This document shows positions 36,237-48,968 of a stretch of 64,000 nt of DNA, one piece after another. The DNA comes from Azolla caroliniana (lineage: Eukaryota; Plantae; Polypodiophyta). Positions within the stretch are counted from its first letter, which is position 1. Each line of letters begins with the position of its first letter. The notes under the pieces are model-generated. The model saw only the letters and a program-made list of their open reading frames with translations, was not told the DNA's origin and did no database searches. Where the stretch lies: contig JBHGNT010000018.1 of assembly GCA_043228905.1 (NCBI GenBank), positions 17,112,001 to 17,176,000 on the forward strand, written 5' to 3'. The translations under genes were made by a program, and so were the position numbers.

Positions 36237-38559
36237 ACTACGGCGTAATGGTGTGTGAGGTCGTGGATAACCATATTCAAAAAATGGCTTCCTTGATCGC
36301 TTATGAGTTCTATTGGGCAGGCAAAACGGCACCAAATGTGGTCTCATAAGAATTTTGCCGCCGATGCCGCGATGTTATCCCGTAATGCTTTCTCTTCTAC
36401 CCATTTCGTGCAATAATCCGTGGTGACTAGACGATATATTTATTCCCTGTTCGTGCCACTGCCGGAGTAAAAGGGCCAACAAAATCGAGACCCCATTTCT
36501 GGAAGGGGTCGAGCAAGAGTACTGGCTGGTGCGGCATTCATGTGAGCTCCGTAGGTTGGCCCATGCGTTGGCAGAGGTCGCACTCTTTATTACAATATTG
36601 ATACGCGTATTTTTGCATAGTTGGCCACCAAAGGCCTGCTTGCCATACTTTTCGGGCTGTAACGTCTCCTGCATAATGCCCTCCTGCCGTTCTGCAGTGA
36701 GCTTTGCGTAAAACGGCTTCCTTCTCCTCTTGACGTATACCGCGCCTCCAGATACCATATAGGACTCCCGCAACTAGGCAGAAATTGCGGCTTCGTATTG
36801 CGAGTCTTTTCTTTTCGTCCGTTCGTAGTCGTGGTGGTGGTAGTCCTATTGTCAAGAAGTAGGTCATGTCCATTAGCCACCGGTCCGGAAAACTCTTCTC
36901 GTCTTGTGTCGCTATAGCCGCAACCTGCAAAATATCAGCGTCGGGGAAATCGTCGTCTTGCGTTATTGCGTTGTCGCCATTATCTAGTCTACTTAGATAA
37001 TCAGCTATGGCATGCTGTGTACCCGGCTGATGCTGGATTGTGAATTCAAATTCCTGGAGTCACAATATCCATTTGGCTAATTTCCCCGTTAACGCCTGTT
37101 TCTCGACTAAGTAGAGTAGCGCCGCGTGGTCCACATGAAACATGAACTTCTACCGTAGAAAGTAATGTCGGAATTTGTTTATGCTATAAATCATCCCCAA
37201 GGCTTCACGCTCTATTGTTGAATAATTCTGCTTTGCATCCGATAATTTATGGCTGGAGTAGTATACCGGTCGGTACCAACTAGGCTCAGTGAGTTGCATT
37301 AGCGCGCTGCCGATTGCAATGTCGGAGGCATCCACAAATATGTGGAATGATTTAGACCAGTCTGGGGTCTGTATGACGGGCGCTTGGGTCAACACTACTT
37401 TGAGTGCCTCGTATGCCTTATCTTCTATTGCCGTCCATTTGAATGGAGTACGGTGTACTGAAGCGTGTAGGGGAGTAGCGAAATCCGCCAAGTATCGTAA
37501 CATACCGCTGTGCCAACGTATTTGTTGATGGAAGCGACTGAGAGCCTTTGCGTTACTAGGAGTTTTTGCTTCCATGATAGCCTTAATTTTGTTGGGATCT
37601 ACTGCAATCCCCTCCTTACTCACAATGTGTTTGAGCAAAGCTCCACTGGTGACCCCGAATGCACATTTAGCTGGATTAAGGCCGAGGCGCGCGATACGAC
37701 ATCGTTCCAAACATAGCCGTAATGGCTAAAATGTTCTCCTCGCGTCCCATATACTGCGAAGTCATCGAGAAAGACTTGCATAAACGCAGCTATTAATTCA
37801 CCATAGATTTCCGTGATAGTTCGTTGAAACGTGGCGGGGGCTGTCTTCAGGCCGAACATCATAACCACCGCTACGAATACTCCCCAGTCCGTGACGAATG
37901 AAGTCTTATCCTAATCGTCTGGGTGCATTCGTACTTGATTGTATCCGCTAAAGCCATCCAAAAAACTATACATGTCATGGCCTGCGACTACGTCTAATAC
38001 ACTATCCGTAAATGGTAAGGGAAACACGTCCATAATTGTAACGACGTTCAATTTACGGTAAACGACGCACACAAATATTTTCCCATTTTTCTTTGGCACC
38101 ACCACTGTCAGACTCAACCATGTGGCCTATTTTACTGGTCGAATGAACCCTATTTTCAAGAGCTTGTCAATTTCTTCCTTGACACGGGATGGTTGGATAC
38201 TATCTCTACTACACCGGTTTCGCATCCGTGGCCAAGTTAATCTTGTGTTGATAAAATTTCGGGTCCAACCCTTTCATGTCTTCATGAGACTATGCGAAGA
38301 CATCTGTAAATTCCTGGAGCAGCTTCGTCATGGCCGTTTTCTCATTTGGCATCAGGTCCTTAGTGATTGAGAGCAGTTGTGGAGCCTTCGTGGTTCTGAC
38401 ATTAATCTCCTCCAATGTGGACGCGGTGTCGTGAAAATCCGTCACTATGTGCGGATCGTGAGGCGGAACCGCCGTGGTTATGGATGGGAAGGAAATAGGG
38501 CTTACACACACAACATAAGGAAGGCCTACACAAACAAGGCACAAGTATTCGAACGTGTT

Positions 38560-39400
38560 TGTGAAAAGAAGAGGTGCATGGGCAAGCCCGAATCAACCCC
38601 TAGTCACAAGGCGAACGAAGGCACGAGAGGAAGGCTTACACACAGGCACACAAGGAAAAGGCTTACTTACACACACGAGAGACAGAGTTTCGAATGCCTT
38701 TGTCAAAAGAGAGGTGCATGGGCAAGCCCGAACGCTCCCTTGTTACAAAATACGTGAATACACAAGCAAGTTTTATACACAAGAGACACAATTTCGAACG
38801 CCTTTGTGAAAGGAGAGGTGCATGGGCAAGCCCGAACACTTCCTTGCCACAAGTCGCACGAACGCACAAGCAAGGTTTAGACACGAGAGACACAATTTCG
38901 AACGCCTTTGTGAAAGGAGAGGTGCACGGGCAAGCCTGAACACTCCCTTGCCACAAGTCGCACGAATACACAAGCAAGGTTTATACACGGGAGACACAAT
39001 TTCGAACGCCTTTGTGAAAGGAGAGGTGCATGGGCAAGCCTGAACGCTCCCTTGGTACAAGTCGCACGAACACACAAGCAAGATTTACACTAACACGCAA
39101 GACAGGTAAGTTTGAATGCCTTTGTGGAAGGAGAGGTGCATGGGCAAGCCCGAATGCTCCCTTGCCACAAGTCGCACGAACACACAAGCAAGATTTACAC
39201 TAACACGCAAGACACGTAAGTTTGAATGCCTTTGTGAAAGGAGAGGTGCATGGGCAAGTCCGAAACACTCCATTGTCACAAGACACACAAGAAAATAAGC
39301 ACAAACGATGATAACATATAAGACATGTAGGTTTGAATGCCTTTGTGAAAGGAGAGGTGCATGGGCAAGCCCGAAACGCTCTCCCTTGTCACAAGACACA
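38560..39400. repeat. Mostly 104-111-bp tandem repeat inside G's LTR (core cctttgtgaaaggagaggtgcatgggcaagcccgaa)
   Basis: 8 cores in the left LTR (38571 to 39354) and 7 in the right LTR (52556-53007, ~55983, 56094). Confidence 0.9.
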
Positions 39401-42400
39401 CAAACAAATAAGCACAAATGACGATAACAAATAAGCACAATCAAGATTTACACATAAGACAAGTAGATGAAAGAAAACATTAGTTTATATCAATATAATA
39501 GATTCTTTTATAATATAAGAATCATGTTATAATGGGTTGGATGCGAATATGAAGGATTGTTTATAAATGAATGGGGGAAGAGAGGTGGAGGAAAGAAGAG
39601 AGTGGAGTATAGAAGGAGTTTCTTTGTTGATGATGCCTCTTGATGTTGTTGATCCTTCTTCTTCCACTTTCCAATTGAGTATATCTTCCGCGTTCCTTCT
39701 CCCTCCCCCCCTTCTTCACTAGAATAGGCTCTTATTTATAGGTTTAGGATTGTTTGCCTTTTTCTCCTAAAAAAAAGCTTGTCTATATGAGTCGACTTTT
39801 CTTTTCCTCACTATTTTTTATTTCTAGCCCCAAATTTCACATGCAAGATATTCTTGGAAAGCTGTTTGGGTTAGCTTTCTTATGCATCTTTTCTTTTCTA
39901 ATTTGGACATCTGACGAGGAAATTATGAGCTTGTTTCTCTACTGTGCTCCTTATATCCACGTGTGCTTTTTTTTTTCTCTACTTTTGAAAACTGCCTCTA
40001 GCTTAATATTCATCATTATTTATTGTAAGGTTCAATCCTTTGACCATTTATTTAGAAGGAATTATCTTTGGAAAATGAAAAAGTATTTTTTCTACCAATA
40101 AAGTTGACTTCACAATACTAGTTTATTTGAACTACTATTTTATTTCTTTTCGAGGGTGGTTTCACACTATGTGTTAAAAACATCACGACATCCACCCCCA
40201 CCAAACCTGCACATCCTTCGGTATGTGCCAATGATTGTTAGCTGCTATTGCTTATTCTTTTTGAACCTTGAAGTCTAGAGGTTCAATTTGAGGACTTGTC
40301 GTCTCTCTTCTCTTAAAGATCTTGATTCTCTTCCCTACAATTGGCAAAGCAAGTCGAGTTCCATCTAACTCCGCTAGAAAATAGGTTGCATTGTTTTCAA
40401 TTTCCTTAACCACGTATGGGCCAAACCATCGTTTCATGAACTGATTATCAAGGCTACTATCATAGACAAGTACCCAATCTCCTCCAATTTTTCTTAGACG
40501 AAGACGATGCTTTTTATCAAAATTCTCCTTGTTCCTCAATCGAGCCTCACATAACCATTCTATTGATAACTTGACATCTTTGGGTCTCCGTTCTAATTGT
40601 TGGATCCTTGTAGCTAGCAAGTCTTCTCGACTCATCTCTTGCTATGGCAAAGCCATCCATGAGGTAACACTTTGCTCGATAGGCATTATTGGTTTTTGCC
40701 CTAATATGAGCTGGACCGACATATATCCTGTAGTCGTGCTATGTGTAGTTCTATCGGCCCACAATGCATATGGTAATAATCGTGGCCAGTCCCCCATCTT
40801 CCCATCACAAGCCTTTGCTAAAGCTTTTACAATTGGGCTATGTCCCCGCTCCACCTTTCCATTTGCCTCCGGATTGTATGCCATAGTAAGTGATAATTTG
40901 ACGCCTATCCTTGAGAAAAACTCTTTAGCTTCATTTGCATCTATCTAATCCTCCTCTATTGGCTACTATTTTGCCGAGACATCCGTATCAACAAATAACA
41001 TCTTCAAGGAGAAACTTGCAAACTGCCAAAGTTGTTTTATTCCTTAGTGCCCGACCTTCTACTTGGTTGGTGAGATCCTCTCTTGCTAGCATGAGGTATC
41101 TCGTTTGCCACAATCCCATTGGCATAACCACTATGTCTACCAACCACTTATAGTGCATTGATAATGGATATGTCGGATGAAGTTCATCCCTATGTCAAAC
41201 ATTCGAGTATAATTGGCATTGCGCACATGTTTCAACATAGCTTGCTACATCTTTGTAAACACCCGACCACCAATACTTCTCCTTGAGCTTTGCAAAAGTT
41301 GCCCATATACCTTGATGACCTGCCCACACACTATCATGAAATTCAGCAATTAGTGTTTGTTGATCTTGTTTCTTGCACACCACTCAAAGTGGAGTTCCAT
41401 TCTTCCTCTTTGGAAACTTCCATAGATGTCCTTCTTTGAGGAAGAACTTGTAGGCCTTCTTCCTAATTCGGTAGAAGTCTTCCTTTGACCATGATTCATC
41501 CTTTGTAAGAGAGCTTAAGTACTTGCCAATTTCGATGAATTCACCTTCTTCCTTTTCTTTAGTAGTCCATACAATGGTTCAACGACATGGGCATAATGTG
41601 GAATCCATATGTGGTAGAACGCACATGCTCCCAAGAATCTTCTCACCTCTATTTAGGACTCACACTCCTCTTTCATCTCTTGGATAACATTCACCTTGGA
41701 TGGAGATGGCTTCCGGCCATAAGATCCACATAAGTGTCCTACTATCAATATTTCTAGTTGACCGAATGAGGACTTCTCTCCCGAAAACGTGAGACTTGCA
41801 TCCTCAAGCTTTTGCAACACCTTCTCGCTATCCTTTATATGATCGATGACGAATCTTCGGCAACCATCTTCATCTTTTGATTCATCTTTTTCTTCCACCG
41901 AGCATCCTTTGATCGGAATGTCATCTAAGAAAGGCATTGTGATATCAGGAATACAATCCTTTAACACTTTGTTCATGGCATTCACCATGTGGGCTATGGA
42001 GTTTGTCGCACCTTGGGGTAAGGTGCACATCCTTACCAACCTGATCGGTGTCCTCATTGTTGTAATGTCTCTACTATCGACTGCCAATTTAAATTGATCA
42101 TAGCCCGAGTAGAGATCACCAATGGAATAGATCAATCTTCCCGTGAAGGCTTTGGCAAATTCATCCACGCTTGGACCAATTCTGACATTTCGGATCGTCA
42201 CCTTGTTGACGGGTTGGAGATCTTGAATAACGCGTAAGGACCCGTTCTTCTTCGGCACCGTAAACCATCTATTGGAGTAGGTAGCATTGGACGGCTCAAG
42301 AATTCCCATCCTAACCTTTTCCTTTAGAAGCTCAATCAACTTCAGAATGTGAGCTCTTGGAACCGGTATCAGCTTGAGGTTCCAAGGTACATGCGGCACC

Positions 42401-45177
42401 ATAAATGTCACCATTGGCTCTATCATCTTGGGATCGGCACATCAAATTTCTTGTGGAGAGAAGGCGAAGGCTTTCCCATGTCTCTCAAGCATCATCTGAA
42501 AACTTTCTTCTTCTTTGGGGAGAAGAAAGTCATTCTTCCCGACTTGGAGTTTCCATCTTGATTCTTCGGTGAAGGTATGGCCTATCCCTTTTAGGTCTCT
42601 AAGACTTGGATCCTTGGTAACTTCTTTCATCCTTTGCCAACTATCCTCCAGTAACGGAATAGCTATTGGCTTGACCTTCTTATCTACTGATTTATATTTT
42701 GTGTTTACTTTGACCAACTCCTCCATGACCCCTCATCGGCATTTGTCGATGGCGGTATACATGTTGATGGAGTTTACTTGAATCGTATGTTGCTCATGAG
42801 GGCTCAAGTCCACGATACTCTCTATTTCTCCAATTGTATCGTTAAATGAGGCTTCCTCCATGACCCATGATATGCTATCTTCTTCTTTTAATATTCCTTG
42901 TTCTTTTAGCCAATGTTCAAAGTTTTGAACTTGGTGCTTCTCTCTCTCATTGAGTGTAGTCATCCCACACGCACCATTAGGGGCTAAATATAGTACTCCT
43001 TCTTGATTCTTTCTTCTTTTCGGGGACTTACTTTTTCTTGGACTATCTTTGCCCCATTCTTCAATAGTCCGTGTTAAAAATCCGAGGCTATCTCGGTTCC
43101 TCTCATGATTAGCTCACACTGTCAAGAATTGAACTGACTTTTGACCATCAAGACTCTTTACCTGAGCGAATGCTGCTCCACTATCGAACACCTTAGTCTC
43201 CATCCATGATGATGTTATGTAGGGTTCCCCAAGAATCACCGAATGGGAAGCCGAATCTTGCACAAAAAAGTGTTGGTCGATCTCTACATCCCCGATTATG
43301 ACTTGAATGTTGAGACATGCTCCATAAAGATCTTCCGTTGCCTTTGTCGCCACACGAATCTTCCATCCATGGTTTGTGTTGATAAGCCATCTTCCCTTCT
43401 TGTAGAAATCCATCGACATGAGGTTAATCTCTGATCCGTGGTCTATAAGAGCCACAACCGTCTCTTTGCTCTCTCCAATCTTCACCGGAGTTTCCGTTGA
43501 CACTCTCGCCCAATGGGGTCATGCATAATGACTGTCCACTAGATCTTCTTCTTTCTCTTCCATTCTTGCCATAGTTATGGCATTGGTTGTCACCTTTGTC
43601 GAAATTCCCTCTTCCTCATCTGGTTGTTGTCTTTTACGTTTGATAAGATCGACGATGGTCTAATGGAACTCCTTCTTTGCAATTCCAAGTAGTTCTCTCA
43701 ATGTAAGGTCAATACGACTATTGAGCACTCTTTCTTCAAGAACCTTTCTTAAGTTAGTTGTTTGTTCAATATCCGATCTTAATTTGTATGTTGGCGTCGA
43801 TCTATCCTTCCCTTTCTTAGCATTCTCTTCAATGGGTTGAGCTGGTTCCTCGGCTCTCTTGTTTGAGCTTCCATCTTCTTGACGTGTGGTCTTGATCATC
43901 TCTTCCTTCTTCTTAAAGCTTCTTATGTCATGTTTCTTAGAAGGGCCTTCATCTAGACCCGTCCTCTTCCGCTTCTCATCCACAAACACTTCGTGGGTTT
44001 TGCATATGACCTCTGTGAAGATCGTGTTGTTATCAACTGGATCCGCCCACCCAGTAAGGTCTCGTACATGAAGGTTGGCTAGCTTTGCATCATCCGAATT
44101 AATCTTCCTTATTTTTTTTGTATTCGAGGACGGTCGGCCAAAACCTCGTTCCCAGTTTAATCATTCCAAGCTTCTCCTTCCCGATTCTTATACCGGCGGA
44201 TGCAACATAGTGTATAGCTTCAACATGGCTCACATCGGCCTCATCCATGATTTTCTTTAGACCCCCCCTACCAAAATTCACTTGCAAGGGCTTTCGAGTC
44301 TCACTTGAGTGTATAATGTTGCCTTCCATGTAGACAAGGTTTTGTCGAATTGCCTCTTGAAGGCTAGCACAATCTTTCCTTGCATGATCAACACTATCAC
44401 ACCATACACATCTATATGGGTCTTTCCCCTTCGGCCCTTTACGACTCATATTAGCTAATGAAACTTCTTTGAATTTTCGTGCCAACTCTTCAATGACAGA
44501 GTTCTCCATCGCTCTTTCGGTCGGCTCGCTTTGCTTTGTCATCTCAGTTGCTATTGGAGCCTTCCTTCTTTGGACTACCGGGCCCGCCATGTCGGAATCA
44601 TCTAGCCATCGACGATGTTTGTCAAATCGATCACATGATCTTCTTACCGCTACCCAATCCGTTATGAGACCATTGGGTTGTGCTTCGTCCTCTAATAGAC
44701 TACCTAGTTCTCATCTATCTTTTGCATCCACCGCCTTTAAGAAGTACAAAACTTTATCGCCTTCGAGAAGTGTTTGGTCGGTTCTCGGGAGATGGGTTTA
44801 CATTTGGTCAAATTTGGTGTACACTCCCGATGTGTTCATGTTCTTCCCCTTCTTCTCGATCCACTTCATCAACGTATGACGATTCATCCTCGACGCATCT
44901 TCAAGCATATATTCAACCAAAAGCGCCCTTTCAAATCCCACCCATGTATTTGGGCGGCTTGAATCTCCCTTATATGGCCTTGTAACCCAATAGCTACGGC
45001 ACGCTTGAAGCTTGATATTTGCTTCTCTTCAATGACATCACGTTGTTGCATCTCCATCTTGTATGTAGCGAGAAAATCCGTACTGTTTCTTCCACCAAAT
45101 TGGCCTGCTATCTCAACGGTTCGGTCGATGGCCTTGTCTAAGCCTGTTCTGCGTCCGCCGCCTTCCCCTTAGTGGCC

Positions 45178-46068
45178 TTAGAGGCCAACAACTATTGTCT
45201 TTTGGAAGCAGTCTTTGGGGTGTTGTCCGCCACTCTTCCCCGCTTCTTGGGCTGGACGGGTGGCACAAACAAGGTGAGCCATTGCGTGCCATATCTTCCG
45301 TCCGTCTCGGCCTTCTTTGCCGTCTTTTCCTCTGACGATCTTGATTGCCGCACACAAACCGTCTGCGATCAATACCAGCCAATCCACCTTGATCCCTTCA
45401 TAGGTGGCGATGATCATCCCTGCCCGGTTCTGCGGCATGACAGGGGGTCTAGGGTACACATGGCTGTATTCGTGGATCACACGGGCAATCTCGTGGAACA
45501 ACATATCTCCGCCGCCCTGTGTCCGGTAGCCCTTGCTGGCTAGGGAGTACTCACCAAAATACTTGATGAGTTGCTCCGAGGTCGGATTGTCGATCGTGAA
45601 TATGCCTCCCTCCGGAAGGCCTGTTAACGCACGGATTGCCTCCTCCGTTATGACCTCTATGTCGATTTCTTTGATCACCTTGTCGGCTTCTTTGTGTGGC
45701 GGTGCCTCCATAATCGTCAAGAAGCCCTCGAGCCCGTGTTGCTTTAGCCATTTCTTGGCGGCTTCCGACAACGTTTGCAGGTCCATGTCTGTGTCGAGGT
45801 CGGATTGTGGTGGCGAGGTTGGATGGTGATGAGAGTGAGAGTGAGAGAGAGAGAGTTCAGAAAGCGGGGGTTCTCTGTGCGTAGGTTCTCGTCTGGTGAT
45901 CTGCCAATGCCTTGGTGCTTCTGTGCTCCTGGGTTCGCGAAATGAGAAGGTCTCCATGTGCTGTGGTTTTACTCTGTGCATTCTGGCGCCTTTTTCGAGC
46001 GTGTGCACGTCGTGTCCTAAAATAGCATTATGTCCTGTGGCGGCGCTTAAATGCCCACTACGTACCAT
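45178..46068 (-). CDS. I additional 3' ORF (truncated), unknown function
   Basis: Lies sense to pol and is homologous to K's extra ORF. Confidence 0.7.
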   Translation of the reverse strand: MVRSGHLSAATGHNAILGHDVHTLEKGARMHRVKPQHMETFSFREPRSTEAPRHWQITRREPTHREPPLSELSLSHSHSHHHPTSPPQSDLDTDMDLQTLSEAAKKWLKQHGLEGFLTIMEAPPHKEADKVIKEIDIEVITEEAIRALTGLPEGGIFTIDNPTSEQLIKYFGEYSLASKGYRTQGGGDMLFHEIARVIHEYSHVYPRPPVMPQNRAGMIIATYEGIKVDWLVLIADGLCAAIKIVRGKDGKEGRDGRKIWHAMAHLVCATRPAQEAGKSGGQHPKDCFQKTIVVGL

Positions 46069-46316
46069 TTCGCTCCTCGCTCTCTCGTCCGTTCATACCT
46101 CGCTTTTCCATGATTACTTCGCTTTTTTTTTTTTTGATAAAATGTAGTGTGAGGTTACTTGTCCGTTGGTCCTATCGGACCCTTACCGGCCTCATTATGG
46201 TTTGCCGTCGCCTCATTCTCCCCAGTTACCGGCTTGCCGTCTCCTCCATCTTGGTGGTTGCCGTTTCCCTCACAGGTTGCCGTTTCCGCACTGGTTCCCG
46301 ATCCGGTGTCGGTCCT

Positions 46317-48968
46317 TCACTCAAATGGGTTCTTGGGCATCGGTCCTCTATATGGCTTCAATCTGAATCCGTTGACCCATTTGCCTAGCACTTTGCCGGC
46401 AATTGTCCCTAACTGGTAGGACCCATTATACTCACGTGTCAGCCAATACGGGCCGGTCCATCTAAATGGTAGTTTACCCGGCATCTTGCCCATCCGGGTC
46501 TGGAATACTAACACCGGCTTGCCGATTTCGAACATTTTTTCATTTCCTTTCCTGTGCCGGTCGACAAATGCTTTCCGTCGCTGTTGTTCCAATTCTAAGT
46601 GCAGGATGCTTGCCAGTCGTTCTTCCTCGAGTTCACACTGCGCCGTTAACCATATTGCCTCCGACTCCTTCTCGTTCAGCCGTTCCCGTAGCTGGATCCG
46701 TAAGCTTGGTACTTGGAATTCCACCGGCATGACCGCCTCTAGTCCGAACGCTAACCGGAACGGTGTTGTTCGGATGCTCGTTTTGTATGCTGTCCGGTAT
46801 GGCCAAAGCGCGCTATGTAGCTTGGTATCCCAATCCGTTCGGTTTTCATTGACGATCTTCTGGAGGATATTCTGGAGCATTTTGTTCGTCGACTCAGCTA
46901 ACCCGTTTGCTTGTGGATAGTACGGTGTGCTCCGTTTATGGACAACGGCATAGAATGTTGTCAGGCTTTCAACTACTTGGCCGAGAAAGTGCCACCAGAT
47001 GTATTCGTATAGAAATTTTGCCGATGACGCAGCGGTGTGGTCTCTTAAGGCTTTGACCTCCACCCATTTCGTGCAGTAATCCGTCGCGACGATGACGTAC
47101 CGATTACCTGTTCTCATTGCCGGTGGTTTGAATGGTCCAACAAAGTCCAGCCCCCACTTTTGGAATGGTTCGAGTGGTAGTACAGGTTGGTGTGGCATTC
47201 GAGCTTGCTCTGTTGGCTGGCCCATTCGCTGGCATAGGTCACATTCTTTTGCGTACCGTACAACATCTCTTAATGTAGTTGGCCACCATAGGCCACTTTG
47301 CCATATTTTCCTGGCCGTCGCATCTCCAGCATAGTGACCTCCGGCAACTCCGCAGTGGGCTTCCCTCAGTCTGAGGTCCTTTTCATCGCTGCGCACAGCC
47401 CGTCTCCATATGCCGTCCGCGCCCTTGTGGTAAAGTGTGTCTCGCAGTAAGCAGAAATGTCGGCTTTGCACCGCCAGGCATTTCCTTTCGTCCCGGTTCA
47501 TCTCCTCCGGAGGCAGTCCTGTGCTCAGAAACTGGTGCATATTTGTGAGCCACTTGTCTTCCTTTGCCACCGTCTCATCTGCTGCCATTTCCATAGTGAC
47601 TCGAAACAGCTCCGCATCCGGAAACTCGTCCGCTACTCCGTCGCCCGTCTCTCCGGACTCTAGTTGGCTTAAATAATCCACTACGGCATGCTGTATACCG
47701 GGTTGGTGGAATATTTCGAACTCGAATTCCGGTAACAGTAAGGTCCTTCGGGCCAACTTACCGGTGAGTGACACCTTGGACACCAGGTAGAGGAGTGCCG
47801 AATGATCTACATGGAAGGAAAACTTCCTTTCCAATAAATAATGCCGAAACTTTGTCACACTGTAGATCATCCCTAGAGCTTCCCGTTCCGTGGTAGAGTA
47901 GTTCTGTTCCGCTTGGGATAGCTTTCGGCTGGCATAGTACACTGGCCGGTACCACTTTGGCTCCGTAAGCTGCATCAGTGCGCTTTCGATTGCGATGTCG
48001 GAGGCATCCACGAACACATGAAATTCTTTACTCCAATCCGGAGGCTGCACTACCGGTGCTTGCAACAATAGTACCTTGAGGGCCCTATATGCCCTATCCT
48101 CGGTGTCGGTCCACTGGAATGGTGTTCGATGTACATCAGCATGCAACGGTGTAGCCAGGTCGGCCAAGTATCGGAGCATCCGGCTGTGCCACCGGATCTG
48201 TCCTAAGAACCGGCTCAATGCCTTTGCCTTTGCCGGCACCGGTGCTTCTAATATGGCTTTCACTTTGTCCGGGTCGACTGCAATGCCTTCCTTGCTCACA
48301 ATATGTCCTAGTAGGGTTCCACTGGACACACCAAATACACACTTCGCTGGATTCAAGCTTAGCCGGTACGCTCTACACTTTTCTAGACAAAGACGGAGGT
48401 GCTGCAAATGATCCTCTTCCCGGCTATAGACGGCGAAATCGTCAAGGAAAACCTGCATAAAAGCCGGGATATATTCACCAAAGATTTCCATGATGATTCG
48501 TTGGAATGTTGCCGGTGCCGTTTTGAGTCCAAACATCATCACCACGGCCACAAACACCCCCCATTTGGTGACGAAAGCCGTTTTCTCTTGGTCGTCGGGG
48601 TGCATCCGGATCTGATTATACCCGCTGAATCCGTCTAGAAAGCTATAGACCTCATGGCCGACGACGGCATCCAACACTCCATCTGTGAACGGAAGTGGAA
48701 ATGCATTCGTTACCGTAGCCGCATTGAGTTTCCGGTAGTCCACACAAACTCGAAATTTTCCGTTCTTCTTCGGTACGACTACGATCGGGCTCAACCATGT
48801 CGCTTTCTTTACCGGACGGATAAAGCCAACTCTTAGCAGTTTGTCGATTTCCTCCTTGACTTTGGCGGCATAATTGGGATTCATCCGGTAATGTCTTTGT
48901 GCCACTGGTTTTGCGTCCTTGCTCAAGTGAATCTGATGCTGGTATAACTGACGGTCGAGCCCTCGCAT
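46317..48968 (-). CDS. I RT-RNase H-integrase (883 aa; short deletion in the IN core)
   Basis: CVDYRKLN, FLDGFSGYNQI, FLDDFAVY, VDASD, WGLDFVGP, WTGPYW. YEYIWW|HFL lacks the ISDQG segment present in E. Confidence 0.88.
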   Translation of the reverse strand: MRGLDRQLYQHQIHLSKDAKPVAQRHYRMNPNYAAKVKEEIDKLLRVGFIRPVKKATWLSPIVVVPKKNGKFRVCVDYRKLNAATVTNAFPLPFTDGVLDAVVGHEVYSFLDGFSGYNQIRMHPDDQEKTAFVTKWGVFVAVVMMFGLKTAPATFQRIIMEIFGEYIPAFMQVFLDDFAVYSREEDHLQHLRLCLEKCRAYRLSLNPAKCVFGVSSGTLLGHIVSKEGIAVDPDKVKAILEAPVPAKAKALSRFLGQIRWHSRMLRYLADLATPLHADVHRTPFQWTDTEDRAYRALKVLLLQAPVVQPPDWSKEFHVFVDASDIAIESALMQLTEPKWYRPVYYASRKLSQAEQNYSTTEREALGMIYSVTKFRHYLLERKFSFHVDHSALLYLVSKVSLTGKLARRTLLLPEFEFEIFHQPGIQHAVVDYLSQLESGETGDGVADEFPDAELFRVTMEMAADETVAKEDKWLTNMHQFLSTGLPPEEMNRDERKCLAVQSRHFCLLRDTLYHKGADGIWRRAVRSDEKDLRLREAHCGVAGGHYAGDATARKIWQSGLWWPTTLRDVVRYAKECDLCQRMGQPTEQARMPHQPVLPLEPFQKWGLDFVGPFKPPAMRTGNRYVIVATDYCTKWVEVKALRDHTAASSAKFLYEYIWWHFLGQVVESLTTFYAVVHKRSTPYYPQANGLAESTNKMLQNILQKIVNENRTDWDTKLHSALWPYRTAYKTSIRTTPFRLAFGLEAVMPVEFQVPSLRIQLRERLNEKESEAIWLTAQCELEEERLASILHLELEQQRRKAFVDRHRKGNEKMFEIGKPVLVFQTRMGKMPGKLPFRWTGPYWLTREYNGSYQLGTIAGKVLGKWVNGFRLKPYRGPMPKNPFE

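Noticed and set aside
38538-39444. Short repetitive ORFs and CRISPR-like periodicity
   Set aside because: These are tandem units inside an LTR with homologous rather than unique spacers. No cas genes are present and the context is eukaryotic.
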